Shown here: piece by piece, positions 45,720 through 46,504 of the stretch
How the letters are laid out: each line of letters opens with the position of its first letter
How positions within the stretch are numbered: the stretch's first letter is position 1
Assembly (NCBI GenBank): GCA_046727515.1
Contig: JBKPCT010000072.1
Location: 1-46,504 of the forward strand
DNA from: Actinomycetota bacterium
GTDB lineage: Bacteria; Actinomycetota; Thermoleophilia; Gaiellales; Gaiellaceae
Length of the DNA: 46,504 bases
Direction: 5' to 3'
Made by a program: the position numbers and the translations under genes
Notes under the pieces: generated by a model
Told to the model about the DNA's origin: nothing
What the model saw: only the letters and a program-made list of their open reading frames with translations
Databases searched by the model: none

Positions 45720-46504
45720 TGGAGACGCGCGCCACCCGGATCGGGCTGTGGGTGTGGACGGTCGGCGTCGTCCTGTTCCTGCACATTCCGATCGTGATCA
45801 TCATCCTGTACGCCTTCAACGCGTCGGTCGTCCAGGGCTGGCCGATCACCGAGTGGACGACGAAGTGGTTCGGCCCCGCAATCCACGACGGCGAGATGCA
45901 GCAGGCGCTGATCCTGTCGCTGAAGGCGGCGGCGATCGCGACGGGGATCGCGATGGTGCTCGGCACGCTCGCCGCGTTCGCGTTGTACCGAGCATCGTTC
46001 TTCGGGCGGACGATGATCTCGTTCGTCTTCGTCCTGCCGATCGCGCTCCCGGGGATCATCACCGGGATGGCGCTGAACTCGTACTTCACGTACTGGGGCC
46101 AGGCCTTCGGGCTCTGGACGATCGTCGTCGGGCACGCGACCTTCTGCATCGTGATCGTCTTCAACAACGTCGTCGCGCGGCTGCGCCGTGTGCCCGGATC
46201 GCTGACGGAAGCGTCCATGGACCTCGGCGCCGACGGGATCCAGACGTTCGCGTACGTCACGCTGCCGGCGATCTCGACCGCGCTGATCTCGGGTGCGCTG
46301 CTCGCCTTCGCGCTCTCGTTCGACGAGGTGATCGTGACCACGTTCACGGCGGGCGTGCAGAATACGCTCCCGATCTGGATCTTCGGGAACATCCGCCTCG
46401 GCCAGAAGCTGCCCGAGGTCAACGTCGTCGTCTTCCTGATCCTGCTGGCGACGATCATTCCCGTCGTGCTCGCGCAGCGGCTGACCCGCGAGTCTGGGAT
46501 TCTT
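45719..46504 (+). CDS. ABC transporter permease (PotC-like), 3'-truncated by window end
   Basis: Not in the ORF track because it is open-ended. Manual translation from ATG 45719 (TAATG overlap): METRATRIGLWVWTVGVVLFLHIPIVIIILYAFNAS...LTEASMDLGADGIQTFAYVTLPAI...IWIFGNIRLGQKLPEVNVV. The listed minus-strand ORF 45577..46458 is its shadow. Confidence 0.85.
   Translation, partial: METRATRIGLWVWTVGVVLFLHIPIVIIILYAFNASVVQGWPITEWTTKWFGPAIHDGEMQQALILSLKAAAIATGIAMVLGTLAAFALYRASFFGRTMISFVFVLPIALPGIITGMALNSYFTYWGQAFGLWTIVVGHATFCIVIVFNNVVARLRRVPGSLTEASMDLGADGIQTFAYVTLPAISTALISGALLAFALSFDEVIVTTFTAGVQNTLPIWIFGNIRLGQKLPEVNVVVFLILLATIIPVVLAQRLTRESGIL

Noticed and set aside
45577-46458. 293-aa minus-strand ORF at the window end
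   Set aside because: It is antisense to an open-ended plus-strand frame that encodes a clear PotC-like permease (EAA loop, six TM helices) coupled to the preceding permease.
1-46504. Mobile element, prophage, defence island or biosynthetic gene cluster
   Set aside because: I saw no integrase, transposase, recombinase, phage structural, restriction, toxin-antitoxin, Cas, PKS/NRPS or similar signatures in any frame. The SARP regulator is the only secondary-metabolism-type gene, and it sits among catabolic genes.

Overview
This is a GC-rich window with GC3-biased, Actinomycetota-like codon usage (exact GC not computed). It is extremely gene-dense: I support about 49 protein-coding features. I saw no rRNA, tRNA, CRISPR array, transposase, integrase or phage genes.

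The content is almost entirely catabolic.

(i) 1-11.4 kb holds two divergent operons. One is an itaconate/mesaconate-type CoA pathway (CitE-like lyase, MaoC hydratase, MmgE/PrpD, acyl-CoA dehydrogenase). The other encodes a Zn-ADH, HyuA/HyuB ATP-dependent hydantoinase/oxoprolinase, an embedded GntR/FadR regulator, an LLM oxidoreductase, a family III CoA-transferase and RidA.

(ii) 11.4-40.3 kb is a dense run of C-N bond hydrolases:
- PuuE allantoinase
- an amidase-signature enzyme with a previously uncalled GatC/AtzG-like mini-subunit
- a D-hydantoinase
- two isochorismatase-like hydrolases
- two M20 carbamoylase/allantoate amidohydrolases
- a nitrilase-superfamily gene
- a cyclase/formamidase
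- an FmdA-type formamidase
- an alpha/beta hydrolase

Interleaved with these are a TtuC-like dehydrogenase, an aconitase, an OCD/mu-crystallin protein, a PanE-like reductase, a DAO-family flavoenzyme and TatA.

(iii) 26.5-31.9 kb is a signalling island. It holds a SARP regulator fused to tandem USP-like domains, a PknD-like beta-propeller Ser/Thr kinase translationally coupled to an orphan solute-binding protein, and a novel-repeat surface protein.

(iv) 40.5-46.5 kb holds an F420/LLM oxidoreductase and a PotABCD-like ABC importer with two paralogous Cys-rich binding proteins.

The non-coding and organisational signals are the most unusual part:
- A ~107-nt three-hairpin intercistronic element is present twice. 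Each copy is bounded by GTGA...GTGA.
- A related 151-nt multi-hairpin spacer is bounded by ATGA...ATGA. Its 20-bp perfect hairpin buries a start codon.
- A mirror-symmetric divergent promoter/operator module lies at 3037-3105.
- A recurring GTCWGAC motif occurs in at least five intergenic regions.
- Many start codons lie 5-9 nt downstream of TANNNT boxes, which implies leaderless transcripts, with near-zero divergent intergenic spacers.
- Five single-base homopolymer indels disrupt three genes, three of them in one 420-nt gene.

Many long ORFs in the supplied track are antisense or alternate-frame shadows typical of high-GC DNA and were rejected.
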